A stretch of 64,000 bases of DNA. It comes from Hemiscyllium ocellatum (taxonomy: Eukaryota). This document shows, piece by piece, positions 52,560-63,849 of the stretch (its first letter is position 1; each line of letters starts with the position of its first letter). Both the position numbers and the translations under genes were made by a program. The stretch spans positions 19,778,001 to 19,842,000 of the forward strand of contig NC_083437.1 of the NCBI RefSeq assembly GCF_020745735.1, written 5' to 3'. The notes under the pieces were generated by a model. That model ran no database searches and was not told the origin of the DNA. It worked only from the letters and a program-made list of their open reading frames with translations.

Positions 52560-53138
52560 GGTGTGTGGGTGTGTGGGGGGTGTCTGTGTGTGTGTGGGGG
52601 TGTCTGTGTGTGGGGGGGGGTGTCTGTGGGTGTGGGGGGTGTCTGTGTGTGTGTGGGGGTGTCTGTGTGTGGGGGGGTGTCTGTGGGTGGGGGGGGTGTC
52701 TGTGGGTGTGGGGGGGTGTCTGTGTGTGGGGGGGTGTCTGTGGGTGTGGGGGGGGTGTCTGTGTGTGGGGGTGTGTGTCTGTGTGTGGGGGGGGTGTCTG
52801 TGGGTGTGGGGGGGGTGTCTGCGTGGCGGGGATGTGTCTGTGTAGAGGTATGGGGGGTGTGTCTGTGTGTGGGGGGGTGTCTGTGTGTGGGAGTGTGTAT
52901 CTGCGTGTAGGTCGGGGTGTGGGGTGTGTGTGTGTGTGAGGGTGTGTGTCTGAGTGTGGGGGGGTGTGGGGGGCTGGTGTGGGGGAGTTGTCTGGGTGTG
53001 GGGGGGTGTCTGTGTGTGGGGGGTGTCTGTGAGTGGGGGGTGTTTGTGAGTGGGTGTGTGTGTGTGTGTGTGTGTCTGTGTGTGGGGGGGTATGTATGTC
53101 TATGTGTGTGGGTGTGTCTGTGTGTGTGGGGGGTGTGT
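52560..53138. repeat. G/T-rich tandem repeat (gtgtctgtgtgtgtggggg variants)
   Basis: Low-complexity array running into the gap. Confidence 0.9.
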
Positions 53139-53275
53139 NNNNNNNNNNNNNNNNNNNNNNNNNNNNNNNNNNNNNNNNNNNNNNNNNNNNNNNNNNNNNN
53201 NNNNNNNNNNNNNNNNNNNNNNNNNNNNNNNNNNNNNNNNNNNNNNNNNNNNNNNNNNNNNNNNNNNNNNNNNNN
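53139..53275. other. Assembly gap (137 N)
   Basis: N run. Confidence 1.
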
Positions 53276-53839
53276 TTTAAGAATAGAACTCCAGCAGACT
53301 GGAAGTTACAAGAAGACACTGAACATTTTCTTCTCTATTTCTAACCTACCTGTTCAGAAAAGTTGTTATACACCTCTGGAGCAGGTGGAAGTTCAACCCA
53401 GGCCTCTTGGTCCAGGGGTAGGGAGACTACCACTCCATCACAAGCGCCCTTTATCCATCAACAAAGTCATACAGAATTGAAGGGAGCCCTTTGTGAGAAT
53501 TATCTCTCAGACCTAAGGCACTATACTGCTGGAAAGCTGAACCAAAATTACAAATTAAATAGAAATTCTCAGCTGGTCTGATGGCATCAATGGAGAGAGA
53601 AACAAAGTTATTGTTTCAGCTTGCTGCTCACAGACACCTCCAACATTCCTCTCTGACCCCAGGGGATCGGCTGCTGGATCTGATGGAAATAGCCTGCCTG
53701 CCACCACCAAATTAGCCTAAATATCCCTTTCACTGGCACAGGCCGGGATCCAGCCGGGGACCTTTCAGTCTGTGCAGTGACAATGCATCCCTCCTCTCTC
53801 CCTCCTTCCAGTTGGGTGTGGAGAGCAAAGCAGGTATTA

Positions 53840-54700
53840 GGAAGCCAAATGGAATTTTGGTACTTATTGTGAAGAGTAGTGGAGTGTTGCTGCAACTGTA
53901 CAAGGCTGCATTGGGAGTATTAGATCGAATTGTGGCCCCCTTATTTGGGGAGGGAGGCGGTTCATGAGATTAATTCCAGAGGGAAAGGTTCATCATGATT
54001 AGATTAGATTAGATTCCCTACAGTGTGGAAACAGGCCCTTCGGCCCAACCAGTCCACACCGACCTTCCGAACAGTAACCCACCCAGACCCATTTCCCTCT
54101 AACGAATGCAATTAACACTATGGACAATTTAGCATGGCCAATTCCTCTGACCTGCACATCTTTGGACTGTGGGAGGAAACCAGAGCACCCAGAGGAAACC
54201 CACACAGACACGGGGAGAACGTGCAAACTCCACACAGACAGTAACCCGAGGCTTGAATCGAACCTGGGACCCTGTTGCTGTGAGGCAGCAGTGCTAACCA
54301 CCGATGAAGATAGACTGAGCAGTTTAGGCCTATACTCTCTGGAAGAATGAGGGAAGATCTAATTGAGGTATACTCAGTGCAAAAGGGAATTGACAAAAGC
54401 AGGTGTAGAGTGGATGTTTCATGTGGGGAAATCCAGAAGAAGAGGTTATACTTTTACGCAAAGATTTAAAACGTTGATGAGAGGGAATTACTTCTCAAGG
54501 TGTCGTGAACCTGTGAAATTCATTCCCCCAGAGTATGGTGGATGCCGGGACATTAAGTAAATTTAAGGAGGAGATAGATAGTATTACTAATGAGTAATAG
54601 GTTAAAGGGTTAAGGGGAGTGGGCAGGACAATGGAATTGAGGCTGAAATGAGATGATTGTATTAAATGGCGGAGCAGGCTCAAAGGGACTGAGTTGGATA
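53840..54700 (+). mobile_element. Old CR1 3' fragment interrupted by an HE1 SINE
   Basis: LQLYK, LGLYSLE, DLIEV remnants on either side of the SINE. Confidence 0.6.
53998..54301 (-). mobile_element. HE1 SINE
   Basis: (gatta)n tail and reverse-complement core. Confidence 0.9.
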
Positions 54701-54719
54701 CTCGTGCTCTGAGCTCTTG

Positions 54720-55070
54720 TGTCCTCCTCCTCCTTTTCCAACTCCCTTTGCCTCCCACCTTTCTGCACCCTCTTTCTCTTCCCCCATTTTTCCTGCCCCC
54801 TTCCTCTTTTCCTTTTCCCTCCTCCACCATTTTCCCTCCTCCTGTGCCCCCTTTGCTCCTCCCCTCCCTATTTCTCTTCTCCTCTCTATTTCTCCTCCCT
54901 TCTCCCAAGTTGAGTAGTAGCTTGTGTTTTCTCTCTCTCTCTCATACTCTCCTCTCTCTCTTACACATACTCTCTATTTCTTTCTTTTCTTTCTCTCTCT
55001 TTCTCCTCTTCTCTCTCTGTCTCTCACTCTCTCCGTTTCTCACTCTCTCTCTTTCTCTCTCTCCTCCCGC
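54720..55070. repeat. CT-rich simple repeat
   Basis: Pyrimidine tract. Confidence 0.85.
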
Positions 55071-55299
55071 CATGTGGTCAGTGTCTATTCCCAGCCACCC
55101 CTCCAGGGAGCTGCTGCAGCCCCGCTCAGGCTGAGTGCTGTGGTTTGCTGTTGATATTACTGCATCAAATTGATTTTGCAATATGTGGCTTTTCAGACTA
55201 TTGACTGCTGGTGAAACTGTGAGCGGAACCGTCTCCATCAATAAAAACAGATTGGACAAACCACTCTGCACTTAGCATTGCCACCTTTTTACAGTTATA

Positions 55300-55472
55300 C
55301 ACACCACAGCACGGGAACAGGCTCTTCCGTCCAGGCTGTCTGTGCTGACCACGATTCCAAACTAAACAAGTCCCACCTGCCTGCACCAGGCCCATATCCC
55401 TCCAAACATTTACTTTTTATATTCTTATCCAAATGTCTTTTAAGTGTTGTAACTGTACCTGCATCCACCATC
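55300..55472 (-). mobile_element. CR1 3' end
   Basis: MVDAGTVTTLKRHLD..EGYGP remnant. Confidence 0.75.
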
Positions 55473-55495
55473 CTGAGGCCGTTACATAGATTCAC

Positions 55496-55820
55496 GTTGG
55501 CTCAGTGGTTAGCACTGCTGCCTCGCAGCACCAGCGACCAGAGTTCGATTCCAGCCTCTGGCGACTGTCTGTGTGCAGTTTGTACATTCTCTCCGTGTGG
55601 GTTTCCTCTGGGTGCTCCAGTTTCCTCCCACAGTCCAAAGATGTGCAGGTCAGGTGGTTTGGTCATGCTAATAGTGTCCATTGATGTGCAGACTAGGTGG
55701 ATTAGCCATAGGAAATGCAGGGTTACAAGGATAGGGTAATGGGTAGGATGCTGTTCAGAGGGTCAGAGTTGACTCAGCGGGCTGAATGGCCTGTTACTGC
55801 AACTGTAAGATTCTATGATT
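55496..55820 (+). mobile_element. HE1 SINE
   Basis: A/B boxes and core. Confidence 0.85.
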
Positions 55821-56252
55821 CCTTGGCCCCTTGTTTGCATATCTCACATGGTCCCCCACTATTGATGCGTTCCCTTCGAGTGAACAGATTCTTTATTACC
55901 CAGTTCAGTGATTCCCGACTGTGAGTCGAAAACTCAATTTTTGCCGTCTACAATATTTTTACAACTGATGAATGAAGATGCTGAAAGAAAATGAAAGCTG
56001 CATATAATTTTTATTTTAAATTGCGCGAGCGAGTGATTTGTTTTTGCCTTCCCTCTGGCTTGTTTGGAGCAGGGTCCTGAAGACCTATGGATCATTTACT
56101 TCCACAGTAGTCCCGGAGGATTGGTCGCTTTACTGTCCAGGCTGTTGTAGACATGGGGATGGGGGCTTCAGGAGACAGGAGGACATGGACCCCCTCTCCC
56201 TCCCCCCCCCCCCCCCCCCCCCCCCCCCCCATTCCATCTATAAATAAGACCA

Positions 56253-56442
56253 AGTGAAAGTGAGGACTGCAGATGCTGGAGATCAGTGTCGAGAGTGTGG
56301 TGCTGGAAAAGCGCAGCAGGTCAGACAGCATCCGAGGAGCAGGAGAGCTCCTATCCTGATGAAGGGCTTATGTCTGAATTGTCGAGTTTCCTGCTCCTCA
56401 GATACAGTCTGACCTGTGCTTTTCCAGCACCACACTCTCAAC
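56253..56442. mobile_element. Palindromic Penelope-end element, diverged
   Basis: Inverted arms; ctgatgaagggcttatg at ~56356; TSD only partial (aagacca). Confidence 0.75.
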
Positions 56443-57250
56443 ACATGAAGAAGACCATCAGCAACAGGAACAGGAGAAGGCCATTCAGCCCCTCAAGCCT
56501 GCCCCCACCTTGTGGCCTGGGTCTTGCTGGTGATGCCCCTTTGTTGTACATAGAATCAGTGGCATGTCACAGCACAGAAGGGAGGCCATTTGGCCCATCA
56601 TGCCTGAACTGGCTGTTCAAATGAACATCATTACCTAATGCTGATCTCCTGCTCTTTTCCCATACCCTTTCACACTATTTCTATCTAAATAATCATTGTT
56701 TTGAATGCCTCCATCACATTTTCAGGCTGTGGATTCTATACCCTCACTCCTCACATCACCTTTGAATCTTTTGCACACCCTCTTACTCTTGTTTCTGTCA
56801 TGGAGCAGGTTGAATGACCTCTCCATAGCTTTTGCTTGGGTTGACAAATATCCAGAGTATCCAGCTGGGAGTGGACCTCAGGAGGTTTCCCTGTGGTCCC
56901 AGCTGGAGATGTCGTGTGCATTTCTCCCCTTGGTTTTCCAGTGACAGCATTACCCTGGTTCCGGAGTGGTTCTGGAGTGGTTCCCCAGCACTGGTCAGCG
57001 GTGGCTCACTCCGAGAAATCACTTGCTGCACTGCGGTTGAAAGGCTTTTCCTTCACAAAGCCTCTTCAGCCAACATCCCTGTCCACATCCCTGTCTCCCT
57101 GGTGCAGGTCATCCTGATATATCTGGCCCAGACCTACGTGAAGGGGTGATGTACAGCAAGCTTTACTCTGGGTCTACCCCTTTGCTGAATGTCACTGATA
57201 AACTAATGTGAAGGTCTGGATCCATTACACCTCAGTGATTCTCCGAAGAG

Positions 57251-57645
57251 AGGTTAGGTGGATTGGCCATGCTAAATTGCCCATTGTGTTCAGGGATGTG
57301 TGGGTTAGGTGGATTGGCCATGCTAAATTGCCCATTGTGTTCAGGGATGTGTGGGTTAGGTGGATTGGCCATGCTAAATTGCCCATAGTGTTCAGGGATG
57401 TGTGGGTTAGGTGGATTGGCCATGCTAAATTGCCCATAGTGTTCAGGGATGTGTGGGTTAGGTGGATTGGCCATGCTAAATTGCCCATAGTGTTCAGGGA
57501 TGTGTGGGTTAGGTGGATTGGCCATGCTAAATTGCCCATAGTGTTCAGGGATGTGTGGGTTAGGTGGATTGGCCATGCTAAATTGCCCATAGTGTTCAGG
57601 GATGTGTGGGTTAGGTGGATTGGCCATGCTAAATTGCCCATTGTG
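57251..57645 (+). repeat. Tandem array of a 51-bp unit derived from the HE1 SINE body (~7.7 copies)
   Basis: Unit ggttaggtggattggccatgctaaattgccca(t/a)..gtgttcagggatgtgtg; the rest of HE1 follows to ~57788. Confidence 0.95.
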
Positions 57646-58722
57646 TCCAGGCTAGTTGGATTGGCTGTGGGAAATGCAGGGTTACAAGAATAGGTTAGGG
57701 GGTTTGGTTTGGGTGGGATGCTCTTCAGAGGGGTGGTGTGGATTCAATGGGCTGAATGGCCTGCTTTCCGCACTGTAGGGATTCTATAAGTTAATCATCT
57801 GGGTTTCCTGACCCTGATCTCTCGCTACGCAGTGACCGCAGCTGGGCTCTGCTGTGATGCTCCCCACAGTTGAATACCACATCCAACACTTACCATAACC
57901 AGGATCCCATCCAAACAGCAGTCAAAGTGCCAGCGACAGCAGTCAGGACCAGCAAAGGCCAACGTTAGAGAGATGAGGGACCAGGAAAGTGGCAATAGTT
58001 GAATTATTCATGAACTGGGACTGTCTGGTACTAAACATTCAGACTGAAGTAAAAAAACAACACATTTTGATCCTCTTGGAAAGAAGCTGTTTTGATGATG
58101 TGGAAGGAATTGAATGGAAATGAATGAGAGCTGTGCTTTTCAATGATTAGCTGGCTATGATGTGAAATGTTTTGATATATTTGTTTGCCTGAAGTGAGTC
58201 TGAGCTGTGGGGACAAGACCATCTTATTTGAGAACAGCGTCTTGTGATTCATAGCAGTGAGAAGTCTTCACTGTTTCCTGAAAGGAACACTGGGCCTGAG
58301 GTTCTTTCACTTCACTTCACATAAGGGACAAGTCCTTTCTGTGGGGATATTTTGTGATTATGTTCTGGAATTGTAGCCACACCACTGTGTTCTTGTTGCT
58401 ATAATTTGTGTTCTCATCTTTTGAGCCAACAAACACCTTGCAAAGGAATCTCCACACATCTTCATAAATCCGCTGAGCTCTCTGGTAGAGATGCCAATTA
58501 ATGCAGTGTAATGGAACAAAGCAATCTGTGCTTTTAACCAGGAAGGGGACTGGGGGCTGCTGTAGGAGCATTCAATTAGAGACTTGCACTGAAAAGTTTG
58601 ACTCGTCTCTCTGTTCTGCCATTCCAGATAATGTTTGTGGGGAATTGTAAAATTTGTTCATTTTAACTGACAATCTAGACCAGACTGTCCTGCACCTTTA
58701 AGACAGTTAGTTATTTATTACA

Positions 58723-58926
58723 GGAGAAAGTGAGGACTGCGAAGATCAGAGCTGAAAATGTGTTGCTGGAAAAGCGCAGCAGGTCAGGCAGCATCCAAGG
58801 AGCAGGAGAATTGATGTTTCGGGCATGAGCCCTTTCCTGAAGAAGGGCTCATGCCCGAAACATCGATTCTCCTGCTCCTTGGATGCTGCCTGACCTGCTG
58901 CGCTTTTCCAGCAACACATTTTCAGC
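58723..58926. mobile_element. Palindromic Penelope-end element with TSD
   Basis: TSD agttatttat(t/a)aca at 58709-58722 and 58927-58940; core CTGAAGA-A-GGGC(TCAT)GCCC-GAAA-CATC at 58837-58864. Confidence 0.88.
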
Positions 58927-59059
58927 AGTTATTTATAACATTACAACATGTGTTGTTATGGCTTTAAGATACCCACCTCACCTCCATCACTCTCTGTCAG
59001 AGTAGTCACAGAGTCATAGAGTTATACAGCATGGGAACAGACCCTTCAGTCCAAATTGG

Positions 59060-59822
59060 CTCAGATAAAAGGTAGTGACGAAGGAATGGGGGGAGGGGCA
59101 TTGGAAATGTGATAGGTGGAAGGAGGTTAAGGTGAGGGTGATAGGCTGGAGTGGGGGTGGGGGCGGGGATGGAGAGGTCAGGAAGAAGATTGCAGGTTAG
59201 GAAGGTGGTGCTGAGTTCGAGGGTTGGGACTGAGACAAGGTGGGGGGAGGGGAAATGAGGAAACTGGAGAAACTGGAGTTCATCCCTTGTGGTTGGAGGG
59301 TTCCTAGGCGGAAGATGAGGCGCTCTTCCTCCAGCCGTCGTGTTGCTATGGTCTGGCGATGGAGGAGTCCAAGGACCTGCATGTCCTTGGTGGAGTGGGA
59401 GGGGGAGTTGAAGTGTTGAGCCACGGGGTGGTGGGTTGGTTGGTTCGGGCGGCCCGGAGGTGTTCTCTGAAACGTTCCACAAGTAGGCGGCCTGTCTCCC
59501 CAATATAGAGGAGGCCACATCGGGTGCAGCGGATGCAGTAAATGATGTGTGTGGAGGTGCAGGTGAATTTGTGGCGGATATGGAAGGATCCCTTGGGGCC
59601 TTGGAGGGAAGTGAGGAGGGAGGTGTGGGCGCAAGTTTTGCATTTCTTGTGGTTGCAGGGGAAGGTGCCGGGAGTGGAGGTTGGGTTGGTGGGGGGTGTG
59701 GGCCTGACGAGGGAGTCACGGAGGGAGTGGTCTTTTTGGAACGCTGATAGGGGAGGGGAGGGAAATATATCCCTGGTGGTGGGGTCTGTTTGGAGGTGGC
59801 AGAAATGACGACGGATGATACG
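59060..59822 (-). mobile_element. Penelope-like element GIY-YIG endonuclease fragment (frameshifted)
   Basis: Minus strand CTSTHIIYCIRCTRCGLLYIGETGRLLVERFREH (59461-59562), then HPVAQHFN...RRLEEERLIFRLGTLQPQGMN. Confidence 0.88.
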
Positions 59823-61142
59823 ATATTTCCGTGTGAATTGTGTGACTTGTCTCGCCCTCCAAGAAGTGCCTAGAATTTTTGTGGTATGTCCTAGCTAAGT
59901 CCTTCAAGAGAACATTGGATTTCTTACACATTTTAGCCTGATCAGCCAAAGAAACTCAAGATTACAAGGTAGTGCGCCACAGCGGCAGGTGAAGAAGTGC
60001 CAACCAATCCCAGGGGAAATTCCAGAGTTCCAACCATGCCATGCCAGCATGTCAACACTGCCCAAGAGATAACTATGTTGATCCTGCTTGCAGTGTCCAA
60101 TCAGATAGTACGTGTGGTCAATCACATGACACTGTCAGAAACGCTGAAGTCTTTCCGAGCAAGTGGCATACCCTAAAGTGAATGGAGGATGTGGACTGTG
60201 TGCCAAAATTGACACTGATTCCAGCACAAATCTTATCCCTTTGCGCATCTCACATAAGATGTACTCTGGATACATGGCACAGCGTGGGACAGTCTGCTCA
60301 AGATCAACTCATTGCTTACCATCAGCTCCATGCATTAGCACTGACTTAACTATCAATGCAGAACCTCAGTATGTACACCTGAATCCTCACACATCAGACT
60401 GACCACCTACTTCTGGTATGGTCAGATGCGATCGTTTGATGATTCACAAGGTGACAAATCCAACAGTTTCAGCACCACCGATTCCAAATCGCAACAGACT
60501 CATTCATTGTGGTCATAACCAAGCAGAGCAGACTCAATGGTTATGTCAGGCATTGAACAGCATCATGGGTGACCTGAACATACCTACCATGTCTCTGAGA
60601 TGGTCTGTTCTTTCTGCTCATTCAGAACTAAACTCTCCAAGAATGCTGCCTTCAGGGACAAACAAGTGGTCACTGAGCAGACTCCACACCAACGTATGCT
60701 GCATCATATCCATGGAGGTCTATCATATACAAAACAAAAACAAGATTGGCATATGAATTGATATATTGGTTTGCCATCAATAAGGATATTGATTAACTCG
60801 TCAAGTGAAACGTCAATTCCATTAACCTCCACAATCTAGAGAACATCTCTTTCGACAAGTTTCCTCCTGAGCCATGGTGTTAATGATATGTCCAAGGACA
60901 CTATTGCATACTGACCTTTCACTATATTCTTCACAAATCAGATGTACCACTCGCACAGCACTTATTGACACATTGACAGCCGTATTCAGTACGTTCGGTG
61001 TACCTTAACAGATTGTGTCTGACAGAGGCGTGCAGTATATTAATGCTCCCTTCCATTTGTTGTAGACGTGTGCTTGTTGTTTGATATGATATCTTTAGTA
61101 TCCAAGCCAGCATCCTGTGTGTCAGGTGACTAATAAAATGCA

Positions 61143-61335
61143 AGGAGAAAGTGAGGTCTGCAGATGCTGGAGATCAGAGCTGAAAATGTGTTGCTGGAAA
61201 AGCGCAGCAGGTCAGGCAGCATCCAAGGAACAGGAAATTCGACGTTTCGGGCATAAGCGCTTCATCAGGGCTTATGCCCGAAACGTCGAATTTCCTGTTC
61301 CTTGGATGCTGCCTGACCTGCTGCGCTTTTCCAGG
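61143..61335. mobile_element. Palindromic Penelope-end element with TSD
   Basis: TSD ctaataaaatgca at 61130-61142 and 61336-61348. Confidence 0.9.
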
Positions 61336-61566
61336 CTAATAAAATGCAGCTTGGATATGCCATCCATATCTTCACAGGACTGGACCAATGATTGTGCAGG
61401 GAATGGGATAACTCTTCTCCTCACTACCTGGAGTTAATCACAGAATACAATTCATGCCATAAAATCCGTGATTGTTTCAAATGAAGCAACTTGCTCGGGT
61501 ATTCAAATAGCTGTGTTAAATCCACAAGTTACATTATTGTATATAGTCTAGACCATTTGACAATAT

Positions 61567-61703
61567 CACAATCAATGGTCCATCCTGTGAAGATATGGAT
61601 GGCATATCCAAGCTGCATTTTATTAGCCACCTGACACACAGGATGCTGGCTTGGATACTAAAGATATCATACCAAACAACAAGGACACGTCTACAACAAA
61701 TGG
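61567..61703 (-). repeat. 137-bp inverted copy of 61053-61396 lacking the PLE insertion
   Basis: Direct reverse-complement match. Confidence 0.9.
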
Positions 61704-61879
61704 TACACACCCATCCACACGGCACAACACAGATTGAGGCTTCACCATTAGGTTGTGATAACTGCATAAGGACCACATCTGGTCATCTCATCCATCCATC
61801 TGGGTCTTATTTGAACATATGGAGATAGGATATCTGTATGTAACATTATAGATGTTATCAGTAAATAGTCCCTGTTCTT

Positions 61880-62380
61880 TAAAGGGAAAAGGGGGATGGT
61901 ATATTTTGGAATAGATTCTCGGGCAGCCAGGCCTTTACCTTTTTTGAGACAATTACTGGAATTCACAACCTGTGACGTTTCAGTTTAAATGTTGATGTGG
62001 TTGAATCTGGACCAGGTAGGTCTCATTTACTATGAGATCCTTGCTTGGGATTGTTAACCTGTGCTAATCAGGGAGCCCTGGCTGACAGGTATAAACACGG
62101 AGTTTGGCTTTGCCATTCCTCTCCCCTGTAAAGTTGCTGTTTCTCGGTATACAGCTGTTAATGTTAATTTTGTGTATTGTTTAATAAAATTTTTAAAAAA
62201 CAGGAAAAAAAAACAGGAGATTTAGCATCTCCTCAGTTTAGGGCACTGACAAAAGAAAACCAGGGATTTCACAATCCCCTCTGTTCCGGGGCTGACTCCG
62301 AGCTGACTGGTCACAGCCAGTGTACTATGCACAAGCAACTAAAAGGGTGACTTGGTGATGGGATACCAGCCTCTGGTGAA
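61880..62380 (+). mobile_element. Polypurine tract and probable 3' LTR of the Gypsy relic
   Basis: aaagggaaaagggggA followed by TG; internal CCAAT-like/TATAAA segment; interrupted by an AATAAA/A-rich insert at ~62100-62215. Confidence 0.45.
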
Positions 62381-63416
62381 AATGTGTATAGTCTTGCTGT
62401 CAGTCACTGTCTCTGTGTTGTGGCATCAGTGTAGTATCTTCAATCAGTCAGCGATGTATATCTACTGTACCGTAACATCAGTGAACACAGAACCCAGACT
62501 GTTTTAGTAATATTGTAGCTGTGTACATTGTTGGTGTTGTAAATACATTTCAAGACAAGTCTCAAAACGGAGCTGAGTTTCTGCGGTATATGTTATGTGG
62601 GCGGATGCCAGCTCATGGAGTCAGTGAGATTGTTGCCCTTTCTTACCCATTGAGCTTCCAGAATTCTTTACTTTTACTGTACGACTTGAGCCTGCTTGCA
62701 GCTGGTGGAAGAAGAAAGAATAAAATCTTCATTTACATAGTGCCTTGCATGACTGTGAGCCACCCCAGTGAGAAATTAGGTCACCGTCACCAGTTGGACC
62801 CATTTTAGTGACTCCAGATGTACTGACATCTCCCTGTGCTTGTCTGGATGGCCCTTGCTCTGAATCAGATGGAATGCCAAGGGGGTGGACTGTGTGTTTA
62901 TCATGACCATGTCACCATGGTGATGCCACTGGTCACTATATCCTTCAGAGTTGCTGAGGGGTCTTGAGGGGTTGAGGTTTTGGAGAAATTTAAACATCAT
63001 ACATTGAATTGTTATGGCAAGGTTGTGAAAGCAAAATTTATTTCTCCAGTTGGTTATTTCAGAAATGTGATCCACAATGTTACTTCATTGGATGGATGGT
63101 TTTGCGTTTGGTAGCTTTTGTTCCCTCTGGATTATTTGATATAATTTGTACCTTGCACATGCCTCATATGTAACAGTGTCTCCTTCACTGATTTTCAGTT
63201 CTCTCTTTTTAAAGCAAGATACAGGCATTACATTTTCTAATATTAAGCTCCGCTAATGATTATTTACTAAGTAGCCAGGGCTCCAAGGGCACCCCATTAT
63301 GTGCAGGCTACAACTCGTTAGGCCTGAATGATGTGGATCTGAGTGTACAGTTTAATATTCCAGAGATTCCACTCTATTTGACTTGAAGGCTCAAAGAGAG
63401 GTCTTTCCCAGAAGCT

Positions 63417-63639
63417 AGGCGAAACTGAGGACTGCAGATGCTGGAGGTCAGAGTCAACATTAGAGTGGTGCTGGAAAAGCACAGCAGGTCAGGCAGCATC
63501 ACGGCCATCTCACTGTGTTGATGCTACTAGTCATTGTATCCTTCAGAGTTGCTGAGGGGTCTTGAGGGGTTGAGGTTTTGGAGATTTCCCGCTGCTCGGA
63601 TGCTGCCTGACCTGCTGTGCTTTTCCAGCACCACTCTAA
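63417..63639. mobile_element. Palindromic Penelope-end element with captured local sequence in the loop
   Basis: TSD tctttcccagaagct at 63402-63416 and 63640-63654; loop 63499-63584 copies 62901-62986. Confidence 0.9.
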
Positions 63640-63849
63640 TCTTTCCCAGAAGCTGGTTCCTGCAGTAAGACCACCCAGACATGACGGGATAGGATGTAAG
63701 TACATGGCCTCAACAGATGGACTATCACCTTCTTATTCCACACACGCCTTTCTCTTCCAGTCAGCCCTGTGCCCTCATGAGTGAAATGGAAACAGGGGGT
63801 GACATTCTCTTGAACAGTTCCCCATGCTGTCTGACCGGACTTGAATAAT

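Larger units (their letters stand above)
59830..61800 (+). mobile_element. Degenerate Gypsy LTR retrotransposon pol (RNase H/integrase) relic
   Basis: MLHHIHGG (~60697), IYWFAINKDID (60761), PPEPW, VFSTFGVP*QIVSDRG (60982-61029) in integrase order. Confidence 0.6.

Noticed and set aside
52327-53480. Pro/His/Thr- or Gly/Val/Cys-rich ORFs
   Set aside because: Translations of a G/T simple repeat and an N gap.
57251-57645. CRISPR-like array or repetitive protein ORF (57208-57693)
   Set aside because: There are no unique spacers; the unit is HE1 SINE sequence, and the ORFs stay open only because 51 is a multiple of 3.
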